64,000 nt of DNA from Marsupella aquatica (taxonomy: Eukaryota > Plantae > Marchantiophyta): contig OZ316897.1 in the NCBI GenBank assembly GCA_973895155.1, positions 6,151,327-6,215,326 on the forward strand, in the 5' to 3' direction. Numbering within the stretch: the stretch's first letter is position 1; each line of letters begins with the position of its first letter. Both the position numbers and the translations under genes were made by a program. The notes under the pieces are model-generated. The model ran no database searches. It saw nothing but the letters and a program-made list of their open reading frames with translations, and was not told the origin of the DNA. Below, one piece after another: positions 23,649 to 37,500 of this stretch.

Positions 23649-24632
23649 GGAGATAGATGTGCGAGAGAGTGAAGAGGGTGGCAAGCGGAAGACAGGTTGG
23701 GACTGGACTCTTGGTGTCGGGGAGTAATATATGGGGTAATATACGCAGAGACAAAGCTGTACTCACTTGATTGAGTAGGCAAGTAGGTGGACGAAGATCA
23801 ACAACCGCAGTAGCAGCACAGCCAGAGAGGCAAGAAAGGGGAAATTTCAGCAAAGGTAAGCGACACAGACAACTCACCCTCTGTCTCACCCTCCCAGCTC
23901 CAAAGTTGCAAGAGCAAGAAGTCAAACGCACTGAAACAAAGCGGGTGGCAGTTTCAGTATCTCAGGCAATGCAAACTTAATCCATACTTAATCAGCCCTG
24001 GCCACACATTCCTTCAAAGCCCCTCATACTAGCAAGCAGGTCTGGCCTGTGAATCTTGTAGTGCTTAACGATACAAAGCCTTCCCAAGTACCAATTCAAA
24101 AGTAGCAGAAATAGATCGAAAGCTAGTTCCGATGATAGCTCCCAAAAGCTTTCCTCAGCCCGATTCCTATGCACATCAGAGGAGCTCAAACCATTTAGAA
24201 ATGAGATCACAGATTACTCTTGACAATCTCAAAAATGCCACAACCTAAACACTGACAGCTCCGTCCCCCCATTCTAATTTCTCCGACAAGTTTGCCTTAA
24301 GCACATCCACTCGCAGTTCAAGCAGATTCAGAATCATCATAGACAATAGAGTGTTCCACCATAGCCCACGGTAGGTCCACGGCCATCGTAACGAACGCTC
24401 CGCCCCCGGGGCTTATTAGTATTGCTCACTTTTAAGAAGGGCAGTTTTTGCAAAAGCAGTCCAATTGCCTAGACTGCACTAGAAAAGTTGGAGGCAATAT
24501 CACAGCGGAGCATTCTGCGTCTAAGGGCCAGCGACGCCATTCAGGAGATAGATGCGCGAGAGAGTGAAGATGGTGGGGAGCGGAAGACGGGTTGGGACTG
24601 GACCCTTGGTGCCGGTGGGTAATATGTGGGGT
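23649..24632 (-). repeat. ~89-bp dispersed direct repeat (23649-23737 and 24544-24632), core-promoter-like on the minus strand
   Basis: ggagatagatg(t/c)gcgagagagtgaaga...gttgggactggac...taatat(a/g)tggggt. The minus strand reads TATATTA/CATATTA followed by a pyrimidine patch. Confidence 0.7.
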
Positions 24633-26892
24633 TTCAATGAACAATGGGCCAGTTTGAGGAGGATTAAGAAGCGCGCACCCCACGTTCTTGTGTGGTGGTT
24701 GGGTGGGGTTTTGTTTGATAGAAGAAGAAATCACCATTCTCTTATGGAAGAAAGAAAATTGCAGGAAACAGTGGGCGGGAGAACAAGGCATGTAATAGAG
24801 AACAACGAGGCATGTAATAGAGTACTTGCGGTTACTCTAACAGTGCATGAACACTCACCTTTGTCTTCCGCTTTGTCTGTTGTGGCCAACAAATCCTAGA
24901 GCGCTGCCGAGCTAGGTGGTTGCTTGATGGTTGAAATTGCGCAGCTCACGTCCCTACCTCAATGTCCAACTCAATGTGGGATGCAGCAGCTTCTCTTGGT
25001 CGCATCTCCTCTTCGTCGCATCTCCTCTTGGTTGCATCTCCTCCTTGTCGCAGCTCCTCTTGGGGTTCACAGCTAGCGTGCAGCAGCGCTCGATGGTTGA
25101 CAATGCGCAGCTGAGCTAGGAGAAGAACTGAATGACTGTGGCTGCTCTTCTCTGCAGTCCAAGCACCCGGCTGGCAGAATGCTACGACACCTGAAAGAAG
25201 CGCACTTTCAGCTGCATGGCCGGGACTAACCTTTGGCTGATGACACTGATAACCAATGGCAGCACTGTCAACTGCTTCCTCCTAACAAACAACCGGCTCC
25301 CGATTCTGCAACTGCTCTTTAAGCTCCACGACCTCCTTCACAACTCCAATGTCCCCCTTCCGCAGTGGTTGCCTTCCACAGCGCCTTCACAACTCCAATG
25401 TCCACCTTCCACAGCAGCAAACGATTGCCGCCCTGCTCACGCCTCCTTTGAATGCCTCGGCAACCTTAAGGACACACTACAATTAAACTTCCGCAGCAAT
25501 CGCCTCACCTTACGATAGACCTTGGCACCGCAACACCTTCCCAGATCACAGCTGCTCCCCTCAGCTAAACCCTCAGCGCCTCAGTCCCCAGATCACAGCT
25601 CCTCCCGAACTGCAACTCACTCAAAACCTAAGCACTCAGGAGTGCCCTCGACAATGAACAATGGGGCAACTCAGACCGGAAGCAAAGAGCCCTGCGACTG
25701 TAAAAGCTTTGGAACAGTACGCAGCCGCGCAAAACCTCAACATTTGACAGGCATTCGATGCTCTACCCTAACCAACACTCACTAAACCAAGACTTAGTGT
25801 GGCCGTCTCCTCAGCAGCTCGCGATCCGTAGACACTGATTGTAGCTCGGCAGAGGACAACCGAGGGTCAAGTTCGTAAGAATCCCCCGTTTCCCTTGCAA
25901 AACCCTTTGCAAAACCCCGATCCTCCCACCCCGTCTCCCTAAACTGTGCGACCCTAAACTCCCTCCGGCTGTTGTGTTAGTGCCCTACAGAGAGAATGAG
26001 GGGACCCTATGCCAAAATGTGGGCAAAAGGATTGACCGTTGGGGTGAGCCGTTGAGTGGGGCGAGGCGTTAAGTGTGACCCCAAAAATTCATTTAGGCAA
26101 AATGAATTGTGGTAAATTGTGACCTGTTTTGAGAGTTGAAAGATAATCAGAAGTAAAGGGACCATGGAGAAGACGGGGCCAATGTAATTAAGTCAAGCAT
26201 CACTCATTCAAAATCCACATGGACATAGTTGGGTACTATATGAGACACCAGGGGACAAGACATTTTTGAAGGGTTGGCATATTTACCCTCATCCCTAAAC
26301 TTGGATGTGGTGCACATAACATCCACTCTCCTACCCCAAGTACAAAACAACTCCTAACAACTTAGGCCCAATGTAGTCACTTGTGCCCAACCATGTTCAT
26401 TAAGAGCCTAAATGTTTTCATTTCACCCACATTGCATGTTGTTGGGGGTTCCATGGTCTGTTATTATAATGTAACTCCTCATGTGAACTTTGTGAAATTT
26501 AGTATTTAAGGGACCATGGAGAAAGCGGGCCAATGGAGTAATTGGAACCATGAACCTTTTTGGTCACAAATAAGGCCATCTAATGAGTTATGCCCCTTGC
26601 TATCACCATCTTTATAGAATTAACCCTCTTCAACATAAGTGAACATTACCCATGTAGTGCTAGACTATTCACCGTTCACAAAGTAGCAAGGACCCTTCTC
26701 ATAGTCTTTTAGAGAACCATATAACACTAATAGTCTTTTGTAGTCTTCAACAAAACCGGCACAATGGGAGCGAGTCATTTCAAGTATGGAAAAAGGACTT
26801 AGTGGGCTTAGTCCTATAAGGTATGGTCTAAATGGCCCCGGTTTCTACTAGTGCTAGCGGGTCGACTGCGGGAAGATTTGGTCGCTGGGAAC

Positions 26893-29800
26893 ATGGCTAA
26901 AAACACTCAATCAAAGAGTGGCAAACAGGCTCCCCACACCAAGGGAAGAGCCCAAGTTCAAGATGAACAGAAGGAGGACGGATTGACTTCCCTAGACAAA
27001 CGTTACAAGCAGGATGAAGAAGACGCAACGGCCAAACCGTCGACCGCTATGGTGAACACGTCAAGTGCAAAACACCATCGACTTAAAGGGAAGGAGGTGG
27101 CTGATCCTTCAGAGGATGGGTCGGATGACGACAACTCCGACGCAACTGGAAGCGACAACGATGTTGAAGCGGAATCGGAGGAAGAGGGTCAAGACCCAGA
27201 GGAGAAACTGATCCCAGCCTTGAGAGGATTGAATGCGGAACCAGAGGATGACGTCGAACCAGACGTCATTGTGGATAATTTGACCAAGGAAAACCAGGGC
27301 AATGCGGGTGATACCTCAACCCCTGGAGGTCATGGTGCTTGCAAGACACGGGGGTGGTCACCAAAATCCACAAGAGAACCTAAGGACAGGCGGCCCGCAA
27401 AGGAAAGACGGTTGGAGGACCGTCCTCATACAACCCGCAAGGGCCCAGCCGCTGACGACGGTCTGGGTCCGTTGACTCAAGACCAACGACTCATTTATGA
27501 GCAGTTGGAACACAACAAGGGGGCCCAGATTAAGTACTTGCTTAGTCTGGGTAGTCAGAGTGCGACGCATCCCGAGGGGGGAATGGTAGTTGGATGGAGT
27601 ATGTTCCAAGTGAACCATCTACCGACTCCTCCAACTTACGACGGGGCCTATGAGCAGAGTGGACAAAAGTTCCTGAGTTGGCTCTCCACGATGGAGATTC
27701 ATCTCCAAGCGTGCGTTGAGCATTCCACTTGGGCTACCGCAGCCGCTCCTTACTTGAAGGACTATGCCTTGACTTGGTACAAGTCATGGAAGAAGTTGAG
27801 AGAGGACTCCTCCTTGCTATTAACTTGGGAAAACTTGGTTGAGGGACTCCGTGCTCATGTCACCACTAAGCACTCGGAGCGGCACGCTCAAAAATGTGTA
27901 ACGGAGATGAGCTTCAGGGATGATATCCAAAAGTTCATCACTTATTACCAAAACCAGTTGGCGTGTATCCCGGCGGGATAAGAGACCCTACATACACAGC
28001 TTCACAACTTTATCGTGAAGCTCCCGCCGTTGCTCAGGGAAAAGTTACAAGAAAAGCGTCACGAGTTCAAAACTCTTTCTGACGCCTTTGACAAGGCCAC
28101 TACGTTGGTGAATAACCGACCGGACTTGCCAAAGGTGGGTGGCAAGGGATCCGAGGGGGAAGTTGGGAAAGCAAAAGGTCCCGGGAATAAGCATAAGCAA
28201 CCTGAGGGGGCGGGGGCCGGTGGTTCGGATCCCCAACCCCAGAATGGAGAAACTAAGCGAAACCGGAAGGCCGGCAATTTCAAGAAAGGAACCTCATCGG
28301 CGCATAAAGCTAAGAAGAAAACACTCATGGAGCAGATGCGTGCGGAAGGTTCGTGCTTCACGTGTGGTGCCATGGGCCATCAAAGTAAGGATTGTTCCAC
28401 AAAAGGTGGCAAGCCGAGCGGAGATGGAGGGCAGAAGAGCATTAAGGTAAGTATCCCTCTAACCGAACCCTTAGTAGCTGGCAAGGTCCCTGTAGGGGAT
28501 GTTCCCGCCGGAGAGAAGGTGTTGTTGCAAGAGAAGATACCTAAGGTTAAGACAATGGATCCTGAAAAACTGATTTTTGTGAATGTCACTTCTAACGGTA
28601 ATCTAGGTGTTGCTTTGGTGGATACAGGTTGACCGCTTGCTTCATAAGTGGGCAGGCGGCAGCACGTCTTGGGGTGGACGTGCAAGAGTTGCTACAACCG
28701 TTAGTGTGCAAGTTTGCCAATGACATTAAGGGGATAGTGTCGAGAGTGGTCCATAGACTTCGAGTAGAGGTCATAGGCAAGAAACAAAATTTTGTCAGTC
28801 AGGAGATGTTCTACGTTCTAGACGGTCTAGCCGTAGACTTCATTTTGTCAGTAGGTTATCTCAGAAAGTACAATGTTACCTTGAAACCGGGGGGTGGGTG
28901 CTCCAATTTCCCAATAAGGGCGGTGAGCCCATTGTTGTACACAAAGTTACCAAAAATAAATAAAGATTTCTCAAAGTAAGTAAAGTGTCGTGGTTGTCTC
29001 CGTGTATATCGGCGAAGCAATGGTGGAAAGACTTCAAGGGTGGACATGAATGTTTCTTCTTTCATCTCCACCCAACTAAGGAGGCTGCTTTGCAGCCAAA
29101 GGTCAAGTCAGCTAAGGTCAGGCCCGACTACGGTTGAATTCCTGAAATTTTAGAGGAATTCAACGATGTGCTTTCACAGAAGCTACCAAAAGGTTTACCC
29201 CCCGGGAGAGAAGTGGATTGGCTCCTCAGGCTAAAGCTCCTTATCATTTGAACCTGAACAAGCAAATGATGTTGAAGAACGCCTTGGAAGAGTTGATCGA
29301 CCAAGGGTTCATTTGCCCTAATAAGAGTCCTTACGGGGCACCCACGCTGTTTGTGTCCAAAAAGGATGGTACTTTGAGATTGTGTGCAGATTACCGGGCC
29401 CTAAATAAGCAGACAATAAAGAACAAGTACCCGTTACCTCATATGGATGACCTCTTCGATTGCCTCTCCGGGGCTAGGAAGTTTTCAAAGGTGGACTTGC
29501 GGTCTGGGTATTACCAAATCCGCATGGCTAAGGGAGACGAGTATAAGACCGTGATGCGCACAAGGTTCGGATCCTATGAATTTTTGGTTATGCCGTTCGG
29601 GTTGTGTAACGCAAAAGCAACGTTCATGACGATGATGAATACCATCTTCCATGACTTGTTGGACCAAGGAGTGGTTGTCTTTATTGACAACATCCTAATC
29701 TACTTGAAAACGTTGGAGGAACATGAGCAGTTGCTCAAAGAAGTGCTCTCTCACCTTTGTAAGGCTCATCTCTTTGCTAAACCTAGCAAGCGCAAGTTTG

Positions 29801-31911
29801 CGATGAACGAGATTCAGTTCCTCGGCCATACCTTTACCCCGGAAGGGATTACGCCTAGTCAGGACAAGCTTAAGGAGATCAAATAATGGGAGCGCCCGTC
29901 CAATGTAAGGCAAGTTAGAGCCTTCTTAGGATTTACGAGGTTCTATTGGAGATACATGAAAGACTATGCAAGGATCATAAGGCCCCTAAACGCGCTAATG
30001 TTGAAAAACAAAGTGTTTGTGTGGACACAGGATTGCGAGTTAGCATTCCTAGAACTTAAGTGGCTAATGATAATGCGGGCGGTTCTAAAGTTACCTGAGA
30101 TGGGGAAGCTGTTCGAGATTTGGACAGACACAAGTGATTATGCCATTGGCGCCTGTCTTCATCAAGATGGGCGTCTTGTGGCCTTTGAGTCATGTAAGTT
30201 GGGAAATCATTGGATCACACCTGAAAGGGAAATGTATGTTGTGATCTATGCGTTGAAGAAATGGAAGTTTTACCTTAAGAACGGTCCCAAAGTGGTAATC
30301 CACACAGATAGTTTGTCGGTCGGGTACTTTAGTTCTAAGCCAAGACTGAACCCCAAGGAAATGCGCTGGCAGATGTTCTTGGCGGATTTTGATTTTGAAG
30401 TCCGCCACGTTCCAGGGAAGACAAATACGGCAGCTGACGCATTATCGCGTAAGGACCAACATCGTGTCAATGGGATCACGATGCTCGAATCCGAGTGGCC
30501 AAAGCTTCTGGCCGCGGCGTATGGGGATGACAGGTTAGCTAAGGAATGGCAAAGCAATGGGGGTAGCCAGGGCAAGGTAAAGCATGTGTCATTGGGGTTG
30601 GATACGACACATAATGTGTAGCTATGACAATACAAGCAGAGGTGTGTGTACATACCAGAGTCTCTAAGGTTAGAGGTTTTTCAAAAGTACCACAACTCGC
30701 CCTGGGGAGGATATGGAGGACAAGCCGCTACGTATCACAGCATGTCACAGGATGTGTATTGGCCGGACATGAAGCAATCGATTCTTCGCCACGTGCAAAG
30801 TTGTTACTCGTGCCAAAAGAACCGAACGGTCTATAGGGCAAAAGGAGGACTTCTGCAACCCTTGGAGTCTATCTCCATGGACTTCATTGTTGGGTTACTT
30901 GAGTCCCACGGCAGTAACTCCATCTTAACAATCGTGGATTGTTTTTCCAAGATGGCGTATTTCTTGCCTACTACAAAAATGGTTTTGGCCCGAGAGGTTG
31001 CAGGTCTAGTGTTTGACAATGTCTTTCGACAATGGGGATTGTCGTTGCATATCCTGTCCGATCGCGATACCAAGTTCACAGGCCATTTATGGAAGTAGGG
31101 GATCAGCGTATCATCATGAGACAGATGGCCAAACAGAACGGGTGAATGGTATCGTGGAGGACTACTTGCATCACTTTGTGACAGCCAATCAAAAGGATTG
31201 GGCAAAACACTTAACAATGGCCAAGTTTAGGTATAACTCGACCAAGCATTCGGCGACGGGGTTTGCACCGTTTGTGTTGGCCACAGGGAGGATGCCAAGG
31301 GCGCCCTCCTGGTTTATAAATCCGAAAGCTTGGCGGACGGAAAGCAAGGTTCCTTTTGCGGACAATTTTATTCGAGAGCGGTGCCTAGTTGTGGAAGCGG
31401 CTACCAAGGGTATGACCCTTGCCCAAAGTTGGTACAAGGAGCAAGGGGATAAACATGACGCCAGGTAAGCTTTGAAATTGGGGAGAGCGTCTAGTTATAG
31501 TTGAGACCTGAGCAATACCATGGGAACATAAGTAGGAAGCTAGCTCCCAAATATGCGAGGCCCTATCGTATCATACGATGGGCCCACAAGGATAATCCGG
31601 TTTTGGTGATGTTGGAGACACCCAAGGAAATGGGCGTGGGCAAAAGCTACCATGTTAGCCGGCTCAAGAAGTTTGTCAAGGACGATGATTGCAATCGGGA
31701 TCAGGTCTTGTGTCTGGACGCCATGCTGGTGGAAGACGCTGAGGAGTTTGAGGTGGAGGCAATTCTGGACCACCGTTACAAACGCAAATTGGGGAGGCAA
31801 ATCTTAGAGTATTTGGTGAAGTGGGCTGGCTACGACCAGGCCGAGAGTACTTGGGAGCCAAAAGAAAATTTGGGTGATGCAGGCCTCAAAGATCCTTGGA
31901 AGCTATCGTAA
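26893..31911 (+). pseudogene. Chromovirus gag-pol (gag with CCHC knuckle, protease, RT, RNase H, integrase, chromodomain), multiple stops and frameshifts
   Basis: CFTCGAMGHQSKDC; ALVDTG*; [32 protein letters not shown]; TDTSDYAIG; SMDFIVGL, ILSDRD, ETDGQTERVN; FEVEAILDHR...EYLVKWAGYDQAESTWEP. Confidence 0.95.
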
Positions 31912-32361
31912 GCGAAGCGGCCTACCGCCGTTGTGAACTGGTACACGCAGCTGTAGCTACCTCTGTGAGTTGTATCCTAGTTTCACTCCTCTCGACCTCT
32001 TAAGGATAAAGTTGGATTGCGTTGGTGCTAGAGGTTGTTGGGTGGCCGATTTGCTTTTTGCGAGTGGAAGTTGATGGTGCCCGCCTTACATCTGTGGGCA
32101 GGCTGGTCCGAACCAAAGGGGAGTGCCCCAAGGGGAGGACAATGGGTCCAACAAGTTTGGAGTTAGCTTACCCGTTTGGACTGGCATTTTACTTGGATAA
32201 GTGGGATAGGTTGGAATTTCCTAAGTCTGGAATGCGCATACCAACCTGGTTTGCATCAGCCTTATGGGCAAACCATTTGTTACCTCATAAAAATTTTAAG
32301 GCCCAAAGTGGTCTAGGCGTGTTGGAACGTTTACTGAGGTCACGCGGACGTGACCATTTTT

Positions 32362-32370
32362 AAGGGGGGG
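32362..32370 (+). other. Polypurine tract
   Basis: aaggggggg, 4 nt before the 3' LTR. Confidence 0.85.
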
Positions 32371-32374
32371 TGCA

Positions 32375-33859
32375 AGTTGCGGAACTCAACTACTTTAACA
32401 CTTAGCTCCAGTGTTGCTGACTCCGATGCCAAGCTCCCTTATGGTCCAGGCCCGGATAGGCCTGTTGAGGAGGACTTAGCATGGGGAGACTTGTGGGCAA
32501 TGAGACATGGCACTACCGAGGCAAGGAGCCAAGCTTGGGACACACACTAAGGACTTGGACTAGCTAATAGTTGGTCGGGTCAAGGGGAAATGGGTCGGAC
32601 TCAAGGTTGGCCGTCCGAACCTCCGGATGAACTTTGAGTTCTGAGGGCTTGAGTGTGAGCTCCTCTTGGGCCCAAGGCCAATGGAGTTGACGCCATGCGC
32701 AACGGACGCTTGGGGCACAAGTTATGACCCGATCCGGGTTGGGCCGGTCGGGGGCCCTGAGCGGCAATGAGACCTGAGGGCCTAGGCATGAGTACCGGGT
32801 CGGCCCAATCACAACGGGCTAAGGCACTCCGCTTGCGGATGCCTAATGAGAAAGTTATGGGCGTTGCCAGTTGGTGGCGCGCCCATTATGCGCGATAGGA
32901 TCCGGGTGGGGGGCCAAATGTTTAGGGACCAAAGCTGGTTTGGGGGTGGCAGGTCTCCAAAAGCATATATGAGGGGAGTGGTGTCTCCCTGGGGGCTAAG
33001 GGCGAGCCGAAGTCGTGAGCCGCGGCGGACGCGACACTAAGGGTTTAGGGTTTAGGGTTTAGGGTTAATAGAAATGGCGATATCTTCCTAACGGGAAGTC
33101 CGTTGGGGGACTTCTTGGGTGCGTTGGAAAGCTCTTGAGGAGGGCTACGCCCTCCTGAGCTCAGCTGGGTCTGGGGGCACCATGGGTTCTTGTGGTTTGC
33201 GGGTGTTAGCTCGCCCGCTTGCCAAATCCTGCCGAACAGCAGCCAAGTCGCATTCAGTCTCCCAAGGGAGCTTGCATTGGGGAGGCAAGGCCAAGTAGGT
33301 GTGGAGACTGAGTTCCAAGGGTGCTTGGCCCCTAGACCATCAGTGGGGAAAACCGGGAGTTGGTTGCTAGAGTCGGGGCCGTTCTGGTCCCGGCGTGTTG
33401 GGACAAGCTACGCTACTTGGGCCATGAGCATGTCCTGGGGTTAGGGCGGTCAGTTGGTGATGGATAGGTACAAGGGGAAACCCAAGCCGCGCCCAAGGAA
33501 GGAAACTGTCCGGGATGGACAATGGGCGTGGGTTCTGGTTCCGGCTTATGGCATCGGGAGGACCTATCACTGACCTATTTACCAACGTCTGTGAGCTTGA
33601 GTAGGATGCTAGACTTGGCAAGTTCTAGATCCTGAAGGGTTACTTACCAAGGTGCTTGGTTGCTTGTGCAGATAGGGAGGACCGTTTAGTAGCGATCATG
33701 TTAGAGAGCAAGTGCGGCTTTGTATGGGAGGGGTCGTTGGCGGTGCAAGGGGCACTAGTTTACTTGCTCGAGGTATTTCGTGGAGACGTTCGGGCACCAG
33801 GGGCACTTAGGTGTGAGTGCTGGGATTGGTGAGGGCGTTGGGTGGCGAGGTCCACCACT
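32375..33859 (+). repeat. Chromovirus 3' LTR (AGT...ACT)
   Basis: Direct repeat of 7989-9471, followed by TSD ccaaa. Confidence 0.95.
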
Positions 33860-34590
33860 CCAAAGTAATGGTGGGGCCCGGACACGCTGAAGATGGGTTG
33901 ACCCAATCAGGAGCGAGTAACCTGTCAGAGAATGGAAGGCCTACATTGGCCGCCGAGGAAGGATTGGGGGCGTCTATTGAGGACCAACCACCAGTGTCGT
34001 GACAGTGTAAGGGCGTTGTCCCTTTTAGAGAGGGCGGACATGGAGGTAGGAGGCGTGAGTGGGCAAAGCGGGCGCGGACCTCCAAATTAGGATTAGAACC
34101 AAGAAGCGGCCCTAACACTTAGTTTAGTGGGATTGCGGATCCATTGGTAAGAGCAACACTTGTGCTCTTGCCCTGCTGTCATAGGTAGATTCCACTTAGG
34201 AGTAGATTTGGCTTACGCAACAAGGAAATAGGTAGGTACGTTGTCGGGGTAAATACCTGGTCAGTGGGGACCCCAGGGCCTTCTTCTTAAGCAAGTTTTT
34301 AATGCACCAGCAAGGCTGGAATCAATTAGTAACAAGAAGCTCTGGGTTAGTTATGCAGTGACCTTTGTGTATATTTATGTTTCCTCATGCCTAAGAGTTG
34401 AATAGAGTTGGCCTTCCGGCTTAGTTCACAGACCTTGTGCATGAGAAGTACTCCTTGTATGGCAATGGCATGGTATACCTTAGTCAGTAGGAGTACCATG
34501 CCATTTCTAATTGTGTGTCACATCAACTTGTGTGAAGATTGCCCACATCAACTAAAGGAGAGAAAGTAAGTTTAGAAGTAGGGAGAGTTG

Positions 34591-37500
34591 TGTGGTGCGT
34601 TTCCCAACACCTCTAACCCCAAGAACCATCCGCAACCGGCTATGAACCACTACTTATGGTCGGCTTATGGTGGTTTGGCTACTATTCGGCTTGGAAATGC
34701 GGTCTACTCTTCGATCCACACTATGCTGGACCAATTCTTTCACTGGGCTTGTGAATTGTGTATAGCTGAGACGCCTAATTCCTCATTTGACTTGGTCGGG
34801 TATGTTTGTATTCCGCCCCCAGAATGTACCCCTACGGCTTAATCTCTTAAGTCGGATGAAGATTTTTCTCAGACCGACTCAACCCACACTTTAACCAACA
34901 AAACACTCTCAATCCTCACTTTTCTCTCAGAGTTTGGTTTGGCAGTCTCCAATCAAGACAATGCGATTGTATTAGCTCACAATATCACTCTATCTGACTC
35001 AAATCAATCAAGCAACAAATATCATAACACACAACGCCATGATTGGCAAGAATCTGCAAACTAGGCAACAAGGCCAACTCAATTCAAACAATTGCATAGA
35101 AATCCATGGGAACTTGTGGTTTTACTGATAATCCGCGGTCTAGATTTAGCCAAGAGCTTCCTATGCTAGTAATACTGATTTTACACTAGAGTATTGACTA
35201 GGAAAAAGCCCCCCGAGCCACGCTCCCCAGGTTTTTATCCTTGCATCGCATCCACGAGAATTGGTGGAAATCTAACCCATCAATCACGGCCTTCCACCAA
35301 GATAAACCTGCTAATTAACTAACACCAAAAACAACTTGGCTAACCCGGAACCCTGCGGGAACCGAACACCTAATACTACCTAAGCCGACAGGGCGCTACT
35401 TGCCCTGTCCCATCCTACAACGGCCGCGCCCTTCTGGCCCAAGCCCTTCTCCTTCCGCCACATCCTCCCTCCAACCGACGACTGGCCCTCCTTAATTGTC
35501 AGATGACCGGGGTAAGCCTGAATCTTCGGACTCTACACCTTCTCCTATAATCGGCTTCGGCTTGATCCCTTTGGCTTCCTTGACTTTGGGTTCTGGTTTA
35601 TCGGCCTCGGCATCGGCAGCATCCTCCTGAGAAACGGCTTGGATAGCGTTGGCCTTCACTTCCTCCATCCAAACCTGCTCTCCAATACGGTCGGTCTTGA
35701 TCTTCCATGGCTTCACATTCCGGTAGTCCATGGTGGTGGTACCTGTGTCTAAACCTGTTACCGCAGCTCCAAGTTCATTGGCATTACTTATCTCAACCAC
35801 GACTACCTTTGTAGCAATAGTCCCACAAATGTGAGCGGCCATACTTTCAACCTCCTTTGGTGTGGCCTTGAGGGGTACCCCATAAGTACCTCCTGGCCCT
35901 ATGAATGTCTTGGTCAGATCCCCAACCAACTGCATTGCCTTACCCCCAGTTACCCTTGACAATATTGATGTCGGCTTCGACATCTCAGTATTCCCGGCTA
36001 CCACGCCACTAGCGAGAGACCGTCCAGTTGGTGATATGTGTCCTTCTTTGGCATACTTCTACAAGTTCTCTGTTTGATTATCTGCCTGCCTCTACAACCC
36101 GATCATCTTGTCTTTGGCCTCCTCCAGCTCCTGGGATAATTAAGTCCTCAACTTCCTCGTTAAGCCGATGCGCCTAGTCATCCTTGGCCGTCTTTAGCTC
36201 CTCATTTAAGATCTGCACAATCTCAAACTCCTTCTTATCCAAAGCAACCTTCTGGGAATTGTTGATGGCTTCCAGCTTTGTGACCTCATCCGTCCATGCC
36301 CCCTTTGTCTTGGTTATCTCCTCCTGAAGCTCCTTGCGTATCTGTTGGACTCGGCTCAGGTGATTATTGGCCGCTGTACAAATGGCGTCCTCATGCTTTT
36401 CCCGCATGGCCTCCAACCGGTCGAGTAGCTTGTCATACTTCCTTTGGGCTTTTGCCAAGGCCTTCTTGCTCTGGGTGGCCTGCTCCTTAGCCGTCTTTCT
36501 GAGCCTCTTGACTTGCCAATTTAGACCCTGTACCTCCCCCTTTGAATTGGCTAACTCCAACTGTACCTTCGTCAATTTCTCCTTGATCTGTTGGTTGTCC
36601 AATTGGTAGTTTTCCAATTGATTTCTTGCCACCTCCAATTCCTGCTGCTTAGCCAAGAGATCATGCTGAGCTTGTTGATCAACCCTCGTCTTAGCAACTT
36701 CGGCTTCCATGGAGCAAAGCCGAGCGATTACTTCTTCTTTCTTTAATTGCTCCAACGTCATTGCCTCCTCCAATCTTGTTTGGTCAGCCATTTCCTTTCT
36801 AAGAAATGGTCCAGATTCTAACTCATTGCCAAAGATTTCTAAGGCTAGCAGTCCACACATGTCTCCATACTCCCTAGCCCGATCCCTCGCATAATTTGAC
36901 CTGCCAGGTGATATTGGCATTTGCCAATGAGGCCGTTTCTCCCAAGCTTCTGCCCGTAATTGATCAAAGTCAGTGAGAGGCTCGGCCTGCTTCTCACTAA
37001 GCTGTTTTATTTCCTCCGGCCAATCACCACCTGGTAGCTGTTGTTCATGCATGTCATTTTGGGCCTTCCACTTGTCGAGTTTCTCCTTCATTCGGTCAAA
37101 TTCCAATGGTGTCACATCCGGTGGAGGAGACTCTGGGGTTTTTTGATCCTCCGGCTTGCCATAAAAGATTGAGGGAAGTCTTCTACAAAACCTTCCCAAC
37201 GTTCTCACACCTGGCACTGGCCTCTCCCCATGATTGACATAATCATCGTCGTAGTCATCCACATTAACCTGACTACCGAGCATGTCGGCCTCTTCTGCAA
37301 AGCCCCCAATCTCCTCTTCTGAGTATTGTTGGGCTGCCACTGGTTGATTTACCTCCACAAGTTCCTCCACTTGGGCCTGACTAGAAGCTCTAAGGACTGG
37401 CCTCTCTTGGCTTTGGCCTCGGCTTTCATCTTTTGACTCCAAATCCATTTGCTCATCCCATTTCTTTCTTCGGTAGTCATCTTCCTCTCTACCAGTTGAA

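Larger units (their letters stand above)
9581..26853 (-). mobile_element. CACTA (En/Spm) DNA transposon, 17.3 kb, with cargo genes
   Basis: Perfect 18-bp TIR CACTAGTAGAAACCGGGG (9581-9598; 26836-26853), extending imperfectly to tttagacc. 3-bp TSD cta. GACT/AGTC-rich subterminal repeats. TnpD and TnpA ORFs are present. Confidence 0.97.
7989..33859 (+). mobile_element. Full-length Ty3/Gypsy chromovirus (interrupted by a CACTA element)
   Basis: Two ~1.48 kb LTRs, 5-bp TSD ccaaa (7984-7988/33860-33864), Met PBS, PPT, and gag-PR-RT-RH-INT-chromodomain order. Confidence 0.97.

Noticed and set aside
21961-25785. Additional CACTA cargo ORFs
   Set aside because: No recognisable domains, and the ORFs are short, overlapping and on both strands; they cannot be supported without searches.
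32371-32374. Canonical TG start for the chromovirus 3' LTR (tgca after the PPT)
   Set aside because: The 5' LTR lacks these bases, and the TSD ccaaa abuts AGT and ACT directly.
36174-37448. Host SMC/myosin gene or retroviral env
   Set aside because: Only generic coiled coil is present. It lies inside a TSD-bounded element, and no ATPase or transmembrane segment is visible.
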